This document shows positions 8,377-16,546 of a stretch of DNA of 32,000 nt, in pieces (the stretch's first letter is position 1; the number at the start of each line of letters is the position of its first letter). The notes beneath the pieces were generated by a model. The model was not told the DNA's origin. It did no database searches and worked only from the letters and a program-made list of their open reading frames with translations. Source of the stretch: Cupriavidus necator. GTDB taxonomy: Bacteria; Pseudomonadota; Gammaproteobacteria; Burkholderiales; Burkholderiaceae. A program made the position numbers and the translations under genes. The stretch is from NCBI RefSeq assembly GCF_016127575.1, contig NZ_CP066019.1, positions 2,640,001-2,672,000 of the forward strand. Direction: 5' to 3'.

Positions 8377-8583
8377 TCATTCGTCGCGCCCCAGCCTGTG
8401 CATGGCCTCGCGCAGGGTCCGCATCTGGGCGCTGAAGCTGGTGCAGGCGTCGCAGATCGCCAGGTGGGAGCGCATGCGCAGCCGCTCGCCCCATGACAGC
8501 GGCCGGTCCAGGCCCTTCATGGTGAGGTGGTGGATCTCTTCGCAGTTCGGCAGCAGGCGGCGGGAAGGGCGGGAATCTGGCAT
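8377..8583 (-). CDS. Small soluble zinc-binding anti-sigma factor (ZAS, zf-HC2 type), 68 aa
   Basis: The motif C14-x25-H40-LAI-C-DA-C gives the canonical H-x3-C-x2-C. There is no hydrophobic TM segment. It lies 42 nt downstream of the ECF sigma gene. Confidence 0.75.
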   Translation of the reverse strand: MPDSRPSRRLLPNCEEIHHLTMKGLDRPLSWGERLRMRSHLAICDACTSFSAQMRTLREAMHRLGRDE

Positions 8584-8625
8584 GTTGCTCAGTGGCTTAT
8601 CCGTTGCATGGGCGGGGGGCCGGGA

Positions 8626-9219
8626 TCAACCGGCCTTGCCGGGCCGGCCGCGCTGGCCGAACCAGTGCAGTTCCAGGCATTCGCGCAGGCGCATGCGGGC
8701 GCGGTACAGCATCGCCCAGGCATTGGTCGCGCTGATCTGCAAATGCTGACAGATTTCTTCGGTGTCCAGCTCCAGCCACTCGCGCATCATGAAGATCCGG
8801 CCGGTGCGCTCCGGCAGGCGGTCAACGCACAGCTGCAGGATCTCGAAGAACTCGCGGCGCTCAAAGGCGCGTTCCGGGTTGCCCCAGTCGGATGGCGGGT
8901 CCTGGTAGTGGCCGTTGCGCGTGAACAGCGCGTCGAAGGCATCGTCGTCGGATTGCCGCTGGCCTTCGGCATCGGTGGCCAGCGCCAGCCTGACCTCACG
9001 CTTGCCGCTGCGCAGGGTGTCGATGATCTTGTGCTTGAGGATACCAACCAGGTAGGTGCGCAGCGTTGACTGGCCGGCGAAGCGCTCAGGGTGCTCCAGC
9101 GCCGCCAGCAGTGTTTCCGAGACGGCATCCTCGGCCAGTGCCTGGTCGCGCAGCTGCAGGCGGGCAAAGCGCAGCAGGTAGGGGCGTATGGCCTGGAGTT
9201 CGGCGGGGTCGAGACTCAT
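8626..9219 (-). CDS. ECF-type sigma-70 family RNA polymerase sigma factor
   Basis: Region 2 is LLRFARLQLRDQALAEDAVSETLLAALE. Region 4 is LPERTGRIFMMREWLELDTEEICQHLQISATNAWAMLYRARMRLRECL. The start is set to MSLDPAEL at 9219. The longer ORF-track start at 9558 overlaps the upstream gene. Confidence 0.88.
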   Translation of the reverse strand: MSLDPAELQAIRPYLLRFARLQLRDQALAEDAVSETLLAALEHPERFAGQSTLRTYLVGILKHKIIDTLRSGKREVRLALATDAEGQRQSDDDAFDALFTRNGHYQDPPSDWGNPERAFERREFFEILQLCVDRLPERTGRIFMMREWLELDTEEICQHLQISATNAWAMLYRARMRLRECLELHWFGQRGRPGKAG

Positions 9220-9305
9220 CGGGGATCGGGGCGCGGTTGCCTGGACGGATGGCCCATGATACCCGCGCCTTACCCGATCCCGTGGGATTGCCCGCCGACC
9301 GCGCG

Positions 9306-10469
9306 TCAGCGCCCGCCGGCGATACGCATCGGTCGGCCATTGGGGTCTCTCAGGAATTCGTTCGCGGTATAGCGATGCTCCTGCTTTTCGCCCATGACGA
9401 ATACATACAGGTTGACGCTCGCCCAACTGCAGGCGAGCCCTTCGCTGGCAAGCACGCTGAGGCAGTTGTGCAGGTTTTCCCGCGTGGGCTTGTAGTGGCC
9501 GCTGTTGTTGTCGATCACGCGCAGCGAGCCATTCCTGATGGTCAGCGTACCTGCGCAAATAACATCATTGCCCGCGTTGAACGACGAGTGGTTGAAGAAC
9601 ATGGCGTCATCCAGCGGATCTGCATCTTTAATGAACAAGGAGCCGTACTTGTCCATCGCATAGGCTGTCACCTTGACCGCATGTGTCGTGATGCGCTGGT
9701 TATTTACGTCGTACAGAAGTCCGTCGTCTCCGACGATCGCCATATACCGCATGCGTTCGCTCTTTGTCAGATAGTTGACATCGCCTGTGACAAGGTTCTC
9801 CCGACCGATGGCATCGAGCAGCTGAAAATCCTCCAGCGTCAGTGCGTGCACATCTTTGCTGGCAATCGCCTCGGCCTCTGCGCGCCGTTGCGGGTTGGCC
9901 GGCATCATCTGCGAGAGATTCTTGTGCGTCAGATGGACACCGCTGCCCGAGATCGCCTGGACCTTGCCCGACTGGAGATAGGACAGACGCTCGTTCTGAT
10001 AGTCCGCGCCCATCGGCCTGAGTTCGCGCACGTAGGGCGAGCGGTCACCGTGGTTGACACCGGAACCGAGCACCAGCAGCTTGCGCCGGTCGAATTTCAT
10101 CCGCCCGCGCAAGTCCGGGGTGAGAATACCCAGCTGGGTCAGGCGCGCATAGAGTTCCTGCAACGCTTCGCTGCCGAGATTCGTGATTGCACGACGGCGC
10201 GTGACGAACAGAGCATTGATCTTTTCAGCGCCGCCAACCAAGCCCTGACGGCTTTCCGGCTTGCCGCGCTTGAGCTTCAGCCAGCCGATGCACGCCGTCA
10301 CGATCGCGTTCAGGCTGGCGATCTCCCGCCGTGCGTCCCGTGCGCCGTTCATCTCTCGCCAATAGTCTTCCAGCGCGCAATCGACCGCGCGGATATTGCT
10401 GCCACGTGCCAGGAACTTCCAGTCCCTGGCGGTGGCGGCGATGAACGTCTGGTATTGGGTCCTCAGCAT
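9306..10469 (-). CDS. Hypothetical protein (about 387 aa) in a low-GC patch at the tssA end of the T6SS cluster; family not recognised
   Basis: Continuous ORF with GGGGAG 7 nt upstream of the ATG at 10469 (the alternative GTG at 10490 is used by the ORF track). Hand-counted 60-nt windows give about 50-58% GC, against about 68% in flanking genes. No signal peptide or TM segment. The C-terminal block is FFNHSSFNAGNDVICAGTLTIRNGSLRVIDNNSGHYKPT. Confidence 0.7.
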   Translation of the reverse strand: MLRTQYQTFIAATARDWKFLARGSNIRAVDCALEDYWREMNGARDARREIASLNAIVTACIGWLKLKRGKPESRQGLVGGAEKINALFVTRRRAITNLGSEALQELYARLTQLGILTPDLRGRMKFDRRKLLVLGSGVNHGDRSPYVRELRPMGADYQNERLSYLQSGKVQAISGSGVHLTHKNLSQMMPANPQRRAEAEAIASKDVHALTLEDFQLLDAIGRENLVTGDVNYLTKSERMRYMAIVGDDGLLYDVNNQRITTHAVKVTAYAMDKYGSLFIKDADPLDDAMFFNHSSFNAGNDVICAGTLTIRNGSLRVIDNNSGHYKPTRENLHNCLSVLASEGLACSWASVNLYVFVMGEKQEHRYTANEFLRDPNGRPMRIAGGR

Positions 10470-10529
10470 GTTCCAGCTCCCCTTGTCCACTTGATGTCAG
10501 AAAATGCCCGGGCTCGGATGCCGTGCCAG

Positions 10530-11627
10530 CTAGTTGTCCAGCAGCGCCAGATACCGCCCGATATCCCCGTCCTCACGCAGGATGTCCTGCATCAGATCCG
10601 CCAGTGGCATCTGCCCCCAGCGCACCGCGCGCCGCAGCAGGTATGGCGTGGGGCTGTGCGGCTCATGGCGCGCCAGGTAGTCGGCCACATCCCGGATCAG
10701 CTGGTAGGCATGCGCACGGTCCTCGATGCGGCCGTGCGCCAGCATGGCGGTCTGCCCCGGCCCCGCGGCGGGCAAGACCGGCATCGGCTCGGGATCGTCC
10801 ACGGGATCGTTGTTACCGGCCGGCCCCGTGGCGGCGGGTTCGCCACGGTGAGCGCTGCCTGCTTCGTCCCCGCGCAGCGCCGCCACCGCCCGCACCAGCC
10901 GCGCCAGCGTGTCGGTTACGCGCGCCAGGCTCGGCGCTTGCGCCCCCAGCAGCGCGTCGATGCGCCGGTCAAACCCAGCCCATTCGGCGCTGGCGCCGTG
11001 CAGGTCGCGCCACAACGCATCCAATCGGGCCCGGTCGGGCGCGTGATGCGCGCGCTGCAGCAGCGCCTCGCGGCCCAGGCTGTCGTAGTCATCGACCGGC
11101 GCCAGGCTGCGTTCCCACAGGTCCAGCGTGATGTGCAGGGGTTTCTCGTCGGCCAGCGACAACAGCGGGACATGCAGCGCCAGCACCGCTGGCAAGGTCT
11201 CGTTGAGCCATGCGATCGGGGCGCAGCGTGCCTCCGCATCGCCGGCTTCCATGCGCGGCCAGGCGCTTTCCCAATACGCGTCCGCCAACGCCCCCAGCAA
11301 GCGCACCCCGGCGCAAAAGCCGGCCGCGCCGTGCAGATGGATCCACGCCTCGCACAGCCATGCCGCCAGCTGGAAGTCCTTGCTGCGCGTGGCCAGCGCC
11401 TCGCTGGCGAGCGCGGCCACGCGTTTCCAGTCAGCCTTGACCAGCGGGCGCTCCCATTCCCGCATCGGCAAGGACTCGTCGTCGTGCTGGCGCGCTTCGG
11501 CGATGGCGCGATAGACCGCGTCGTAGCGCAGCGAAGCGCCCGCGGGATCGTCGCCCGGCACCGGCGCAAGCAGTGCCTGCGCGTCCGGGATGCGGTCTTG
11601 CGTTGGCGTCGTCATAGGTTGGTCCAT
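10530..11627 (-). CDS. tssA: Type VI secretion protein TssA (ImpA N-terminal domain family)
   Basis: ImpA_N signature: PAGASLRYDAVYRAIAEARQHDDE and WERPLVKADWKRV. TssA-type C-terminus: HEPHSPTPYLLRRAVRWGQMPLADLM. An alternative start at 11615 forms an ATGA overlap with the tssM stop. Confidence 0.9.
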   Translation of the reverse strand: MDQPMTTPTQDRIPDAQALLAPVPGDDPAGASLRYDAVYRAIAEARQHDDESLPMREWERPLVKADWKRVAALASEALATRSKDFQLAAWLCEAWIHLHGAAGFCAGVRLLGALADAYWESAWPRMEAGDAEARCAPIAWLNETLPAVLALHVPLLSLADEKPLHITLDLWERSLAPVDDYDSLGREALLQRAHHAPDRARLDALWRDLHGASAEWAGFDRRIDALLGAQAPSLARVTDTLARLVRAVAALRGDEAGSAHRGEPAATGPAGNNDPVDDPEPMPVLPAAGPGQTAMLAHGRIEDRAHAYQLIRDVADYLARHEPHSPTPYLLRRAVRWGQMPLADLMQDILREDGDIGRYLALLDN

Positions 11628-14600
11628 TCAGGAGCCCGGGTGGGAAAGCTTTGCGGCCACGGCAGCGGCATCTTCCTGCCCGCGGCCGTCAGCACCAGAC
11701 GCAGGAACACACGGCCGCGCACCGGCCTGGGCGCCGCCGTGAAATCCGGCGCGGCGCTGCCCAGCGGAAAGTCGAAGCGCAGCAGTTGCGCCGTGCTGTC
11801 GGCGCGCCCGCCCGGATCCGCGATGCGATGGCGCGCAATGAACGACAGCAGCGACCACGGGTCGGCAAAGCGCCAGGTCATGGTCTTGCCGTCGGCGGCC
11901 AGCGCGCGCTGTTCGGCGTCAGGCAACGCGACCATCGGTGAGTCCTTGGCAAAGCGCAGCGTCAGCGTCACCGGACTGCCGTAGTCCCAGTGCAGCGAGC
12001 GCGGCGCATCGCGCATCGACAGGCTCTGCGCGCCGATCGTCAGGGTCCAGTCGATGATCTGGTTGCCGGCCAGTTCCGCGCCGCGGTTGACGCGGAACTC
12101 CGCGCTCACGTCATAGCCCGCGGGCGCGCCCTCCTCGACCGGATACAGTGGCGCGAGCAGGGTCCTGACCTGGTCGAAGCTGTCGATGAACTGGTGCACC
12201 GGCACGCCGGACGCGATATTCCTGAGCGGCCCGTCGCCACGCGCGGCCCGGTACGTCGCCGAGAGCGGTTCATAGCGCTTGAGCACCCGGCCAAGCTCGG
12301 CATAGTCCGCCGTGCGCACCTCGCCGGCGTTGGCGGCGCCGCCAAACGGCGCGCGCCCGGCCAGCCGTTCATTGAACGTGGCCGAGAACCCGTCCCACTG
12401 CCGCTGCAGGTCGGCAAAATAGCCTTGCGCACAGCGCGCGAGCAGGCCGTCGTACAGGCGCACGTGCAGCGCGGCAAAGTAGTCATCCCCGCCGGCAGGC
12501 CGCGCCGCAAAGCGCGCCAGGCACACGCCCTGGCCGGACTCGGCCGCCGCGGCCTGCACGAACTGCTCCAGCATCAGCAGCCGGCTGTTCGGGTTCTTGA
12601 GCCGATAGCGTTCCAGATCGCGGTTCAGCGCCTGCCAGCGCAATGCCAGGCCGGAGCCGGCGTCGGCGGGCGAGAGCGCGGCAAGATACACCGCGGCCTC
12701 GCGGCCCAGGGCCTGCGCACGCGCCGACTGCTGGTCCAGGTACGGCCCCAGCGCCGCCGCGTCGTTCAGCCCGAACGCCGTCAGCAGCGGCGAGCGCGGC
12801 GCACGGGCCCCGTCGCCGGCGCTGCCCTGCCGGATCGCGTACAGCTCGGACTGCTGCAGCAGCTCGTCCACCGCGCGCAGCCGTGCCAGCGCATCGCGCG
12901 AAACCAGCGCATCGAGGTCATCCACGCGCGACATGGCATGCATCTCGCCCAGCATGGTCTTGATGCGCGCGATTCGGCCCAGTGCAGCCTCGAAGCCGGC
13001 GCTGCCGCCATCGGCCTGCAGCGGCGCCATGATTGCCGCGGTCGCGACCTGGTCGGTCACCAGCCGCGCAAACTGCTGGTCCACGCTTTGCGCAATCGCA
13101 TCGCGCCAGGGGCCTGGCAGGCCCGTCAGCCCCTCGTCAAGAAAGCGCTTGCGCATGTCGCCCAGGGCGATGGCCTGGTCAAGCTGCTGGCGATCCCACA
13201 GCACCGCCGACCCGGCCGGCACCGACGGCAGCGCCAGGTCGCGCGGCGGCGCCATGAACGGCTGGTTCAGCAGGGCGGCGAGCCGGTCGCGCAAGGCCAG
13301 CCGCTCGGGCGTGACCACGAAGCGGCCGTCCTTGTCCTGCCACGCGATCCCGCTGTCGGGTCCGCTGAAGCGCTGCGCCAGCTCGCCGGTGAAGGCCTGG
13401 AAGCCGCTTTCAGCGCGTGCGCGCGCGGCTGCCACCAGGTCTTCGCCGAGCAGCCGGTTCTGCGCGGCCTGCGCCAGCGTGCGCGCGTAGACGGTGCCCG
13501 CGGCGAACTGGGGCTGCCTGATCCAGCCGCCCTTGCCGGACGCCAGCAGTTCCTGCTGCGTGCCGATCGCCGCGACAATGCCGCGGTAGTCGGCCAGGAC
13601 CCGGTTGACGCCACTGCCGGCATTGGCCCCGCCGGCCAGTTCATCGAGGCTGGACCTGACGGCGCGCTCGGCCACCAGCAGCGGGTTGTTGTTGAAAAGC
13701 CGCTCGTCGAGCTGGCGCGCGCCCTTGTCGAAGGTGCAGCGCAAGGGCGGCACCAGCGCGGTCAGTGCCCTGCCGCCGGTTGCCAGGCTTGCGGCACCAC
13801 GCCCCTTGCCAGGGTCGCGCTGGAAATACGGCAGGCTGCCCGAGACCTCGCCCTGCAACTCCGCCCCCAGCGCATAGCGCACCACCAGCCGCAGCGCATC
13901 GGCGTTGGCAGGCTGCGGCGTTTCCAGCCGGTGCAGCGCTTGCAGCGCAGCGTCGAACTGGTCGACCGCGGCAACGTACTGCTGCAGCGCGCGCATCTCC
14001 GGCATGTCTTCCAGCGCCAGGCTGCGTGGCGGCAGGGCCTCGCCCCGTGCGCCCGGCGGCGCCAGGCAGCTGTCGCCGATGATCAGCTGGCCGGTGCTCG
14101 GGTCGCGCCCCACGCCTGTCAGCGTGTCGACGCGTGCCAGCAGTTCGCGATCGATGGTGTCGAGCGCGATCTCGCCGAAGGCGCGCTGGAAGCGATCGTG
14201 CACGCGCCCGTCCAGGTCGTCGATAAAGGCCCACGAGCCCGGCATGAACCAGGACGAGACCGACTGCGCGCTCAGGCGCTGGTTCATCGCGATCAGCCCC
14301 AGCGCCTGGCGCCGGTACCAGTCCGGCGGCAGGTCCTGGCCGCGCTGCGCGGCCAGCGCGCGCTGCTGCGCGCCGGCACGCAGTTCGCCAAGCGCGGCCA
14401 GCAGTTCGGCATGGCGATGTCCCATCTGCCATGCCGCGACCAGCAGTCCCCCGGCCCACGCGCACAGCACGGCCATGCCGCCCCAGCGCAGCGCTCGGTG
14501 CACCAGCGGCCGCGCCAGCTGCTGCGAGCGCGATGGCCGCGTCAGCCCGTACTCCAGGAAGATCTTCTTCTCGAACAGGTCGCGCAGGAACGCCGGTTGC

Positions 14601-15730
14601 CGCATCAGCTCGTTGAGCAGGTCGGCGGACGAGCTGGCGCTGGCTGCCGGCGCCAGCTCCGGCGCGTGCGCATCCTCTGGCGCCAGTGCGTCAGGCTGCG
14701 CCGCACGCAGGCGCGGCGCGGCGAAGGCGGGTGCATGCGCCGCCAGCTCGCCGCTGTCGCCGGTCAGGTAGACGCCGCGCAGATAGAAGGGCTCGTGATA
14801 GGCGCTGGGCCGCAGCAGTTCGTCGACATAGCGCGTGAGCTGCCCGCGCATGGCTTCGATGCGCGCCGGCAGCAGCAGCGACTGGCAGGCATCCACCTCC
14901 TGCGCCCCTATCGCCAGCAGCTCGGCCACACCGTCCGACACCGCGCGCACCACGCCCGACATGGCCGCATCGATCCAGCCCGACTGGTAGGTGGCCGACA
15001 GGTCGTACGGCGAGGACCAGCCCAGCATGCCGGCGCGCATCGGCTCTGGCAGCGCGCGCGCAAAGTGCGCGAAGCCCGGCAGCGACTCACAGCCCGTCAC
15101 CACCACATAGACCGCGAAACGCACCGCAAAGCGGTTCTGCGCCAGCCATAGCCGCCGGTGGGCCAGCTTGGCCCGGCGCACCAGCTCAAGCTGTGCGTCG
15201 GTGTCGTCGGCCAGCAGCATCGCCGCCGGCACCGTCACCACCACGCTGTCGAAGGGCCGTTGCGGGCGATAGCCGCGGCACAGGCCGAGGAACTCGTCCC
15301 AGGGCTTTTCATCGGTATCGTCGTCAGGCGAGCCCAGATAGGCCGCATTGATGTCGATGACCACGCCGCGGTCAAAGAAGTGCCATGAAATACCCTGCGT
15401 GGCGGCCGCATTGGCAGCGTCGGAGCCCAGCACGCTGGCCACGCCGGACTGAGCGATCGGCAGCGGCCGCGCATCCTCGCCCTCATTCAGGACCAGGATC
15501 CACGGAATGTTGTAGCGCTCGGCGCGCGAGGCGATATTGCCCTCGACCAGCTCGATCGCCTGGCGGAACGCGGTGCGCAGCGAATCGGTGCGCAGGCGCA
15601 CGATCTTGCGCTCGGCCGCCGGCTTGGCGCGGGCCCGCTGCGCAGCGAAATACAGCACCGCGCCGAGCACGGCCAGCGCCACCAGCGTCAGCACGCCGAT
15701 CGAAATCAGAAACAGGTTGCTGGTCAGCAT
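11612..15730 (-). CDS. tssM: Type VI secretion membrane subunit TssM (IcmF family), 1372 aa, P-loop degenerate
   Basis: N-terminal TM segment, cytoplasmic domain, second TM (ALRWGGMAVLCAWAGGLLVAAW), then a long periplasmic IcmF-related region. It follows tssL. The Walker A position reads IPWILVLNEGEDARPLP. Confidence 0.9.
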   Translation of the reverse strand: MLTSNLFLISIGVLTLVALAVLGAVLYFAAQRARAKPAAERKIVRLRTDSLRTAFRQAIELVEGNIASRAERYNIPWILVLNEGEDARPLPIAQSGVASVLGSDAANAAATQGISWHFFDRGVVIDINAAYLGSPDDDTDEKPWDEFLGLCRGYRPQRPFDSVVVTVPAAMLLADDTDAQLELVRRAKLAHRRLWLAQNRFAVRFAVYVVVTGCESLPGFAHFARALPEPMRAGMLGWSSPYDLSATYQSGWIDAAMSGVVRAVSDGVAELLAIGAQEVDACQSLLLPARIEAMRGQLTRYVDELLRPSAYHEPFYLRGVYLTGDSGELAAHAPAFAAPRLRAAQPDALAPEDAHAPELAPAASASSSADLLNELMRQPAFLRDLFEKKIFLEYGLTRPSRSQQLARPLVHRALRWGGMAVLCAWAGGLLVAAWQMGHRHAELLAALGELRAGAQQRALAAQRGQDLPPDWYRRQALGLIAMNQRLSAQSVSSWFMPGSWAFIDDLDGRVHDRFQRAFGEIALDTIDRELLARVDTLTGVGRDPSTGQLIIGDSCLAPPGARGEALPPRSLALEDMPEMRALQQYVAAVDQFDAALQALHRLETPQPANADALRLVVRYALGAELQGEVSGSLPYFQRDPGKGRGAASLATGGRALTALVPPLRCTFDKGARQLDERLFNNNPLLVAERAVRSSLDELAGGANAGSGVNRVLADYRGIVAAIGTQQELLASGKGGWIRQPQFAAGTVYARTLAQAAQNRLLGEDLVAAARARAESGFQAFTGELAQRFSGPDSGIAWQDKDGRFVVTPERLALRDRLAALLNQPFMAPPRDLALPSVPAGSAVLWDRQQLDQAIALGDMRKRFLDEGLTGLPGPWRDAIAQSVDQQFARLVTDQVATAAIMAPLQADGGSAGFEAALGRIARIKTMLGEMHAMSRVDDLDALVSRDALARLRAVDELLQQSELYAIRQGSAGDGARAPRSPLLTAFGLNDAAALGPYLDQQSARAQALGREAAVYLAALSPADAGSGLALRWQALNRDLERYRLKNPNSRLLMLEQFVQAAAAESGQGVCLARFAARPAGGDDYFAALHVRLYDGLLARCAQGYFADLQRQWDGFSATFNERLAGRAPFGGAANAGEVRTADYAELGRVLKRYEPLSATYRAARGDGPLRNIASGVPVHQFIDSFDQVRTLLAPLYPVEEGAPAGYDVSAEFRVNRGAELAGNQIIDWTLTIGAQSLSMRDAPRSLHWDYGSPVTLTLRFAKDSPMVALPDAEQRALAADGKTMTWRFADPWSLLSFIARHRIADPGGRADSTAQLLRFDFPLGSAAPDFTAAPRPVRGRVFLRLVLTAAGRKMPLPWPQSFPTRAPEWTNL

Positions 15731-15767
15731 GCGCCTGCCCCCCGGGCGCGGATGGGCTGCCGGCGCG

Positions 15768-16520
15768 TCATGGCGTGCCTCCGGCCACGGTGTCGGCCCG
15801 CAGCGCTTCGCGCACCGGCCAGGATTGCCACAGCCACGTCACCTCGGACAGCGCCAGCAGGGTGGCCAGGCCCAGCAGGAACACCACGGTCCAGCGCGTC
15901 AGCGTGGGCAGCTTGCGCGGCGCGATATGCGAGAGCGTGTGGGCGTACGCGGATTCGCTGAGCACGCGCTCGCGTCCGCCCAGGTCTGGCCGGCGTTGGT
16001 AGATGAACTCATACAGTTCCTCGCGCAGACTGCGCAGCCGCGCTTCGGCATCGGCGCCGCGAAAGCGCCCCTGGAAACCAAGCCCGAGCGTGAACAGGTA
16101 CAGCCGTGCCAGGTTGCGGCGCGACGGCTCGCGGTCCAGCAGCAGCTGCTCGATACGGCGAAACACCTGGTCGCCTGCCACGTTGGTGCGGAACAGCGTC
16201 GATTCGAGCAGATGCCCATGCCACGCGGCGCGGCCGGCCCAATCGGCGTTCAGCAGGATTTCATCGGCGAGCACCGCCTTCAGGTAGCGGGCATCGGCCA
16301 CGTCCTCCATCTCGAAGCGCGAGCTGTCGCGCCGCGATTGCAGGGTCTGCACTTCCAGCAGGTTCAGCAGCTGGCGGTTCATGCCTTGCGCGGCAGCTTC
16401 GCCGCTGAGGTCGGGTTGTTCGGAGAACCGCTCCTGCAGCTTGACGAGTTCATCCAGGAACGCCCGGAACTGCCCGGTGGCAAGATCGTCTTCCTCGGTT
16501 TCCGGTCGGTAGCGCGCCAT
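15768..16520 (-). CDS. tssL: Type VI secretion membrane subunit TssL (DotU family), no OmpA-like extension
   Basis: DotU-like core: ARYLKAVLADEILLN, LLESTLFRTNVAGDQVFRRIEQLL and LYLFTLGLGFQGRF. C-terminal TM is WTVVFLLGLATLLAL. Confidence 0.88.
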   Translation of the reverse strand: MARYRPETEEDDLATGQFRAFLDELVKLQERFSEQPDLSGEAAAQGMNRQLLNLLEVQTLQSRRDSSRFEMEDVADARYLKAVLADEILLNADWAGRAAWHGHLLESTLFRTNVAGDQVFRRIEQLLLDREPSRRNLARLYLFTLGLGFQGRFRGADAEARLRSLREELYEFIYQRRPDLGGRERVLSESAYAHTLSHIAPRKLPTLTRWTVVFLLGLATLLALSEVTWLWQSWPVREALRADTVAGGTP

Positions 16521-16546
16521 AGTCTGTTTGCCTTGATAGTCTGCCG

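Noticed and set aside
7320-9219. The idea that the ECF sigma/anti-sigma pair is a cnrYXH-type regulator of the adjacent czc-like efflux operon.
   Set aside because: There is no CnrX-like periplasmic sensor gene, and the anti-sigma factor is a soluble ZAS protein, not a membrane CnrY type. A strong bidirectional terminator and a convergent gene separate the pair from the efflux operon. A regulatory link is possible but not supported by the architecture.
10470-10529. GCCCGGGC followed by ATTTTCTG after the tssA stop, considered as an intrinsic terminator separating tssA from the low-GC ORF.
   Set aside because: The 8-mer is self-complementary with no loop and cannot form a stable hairpin, and the U-tract is interrupted. 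This is not enough to call a terminator, so co-transcription with tssA remains possible.
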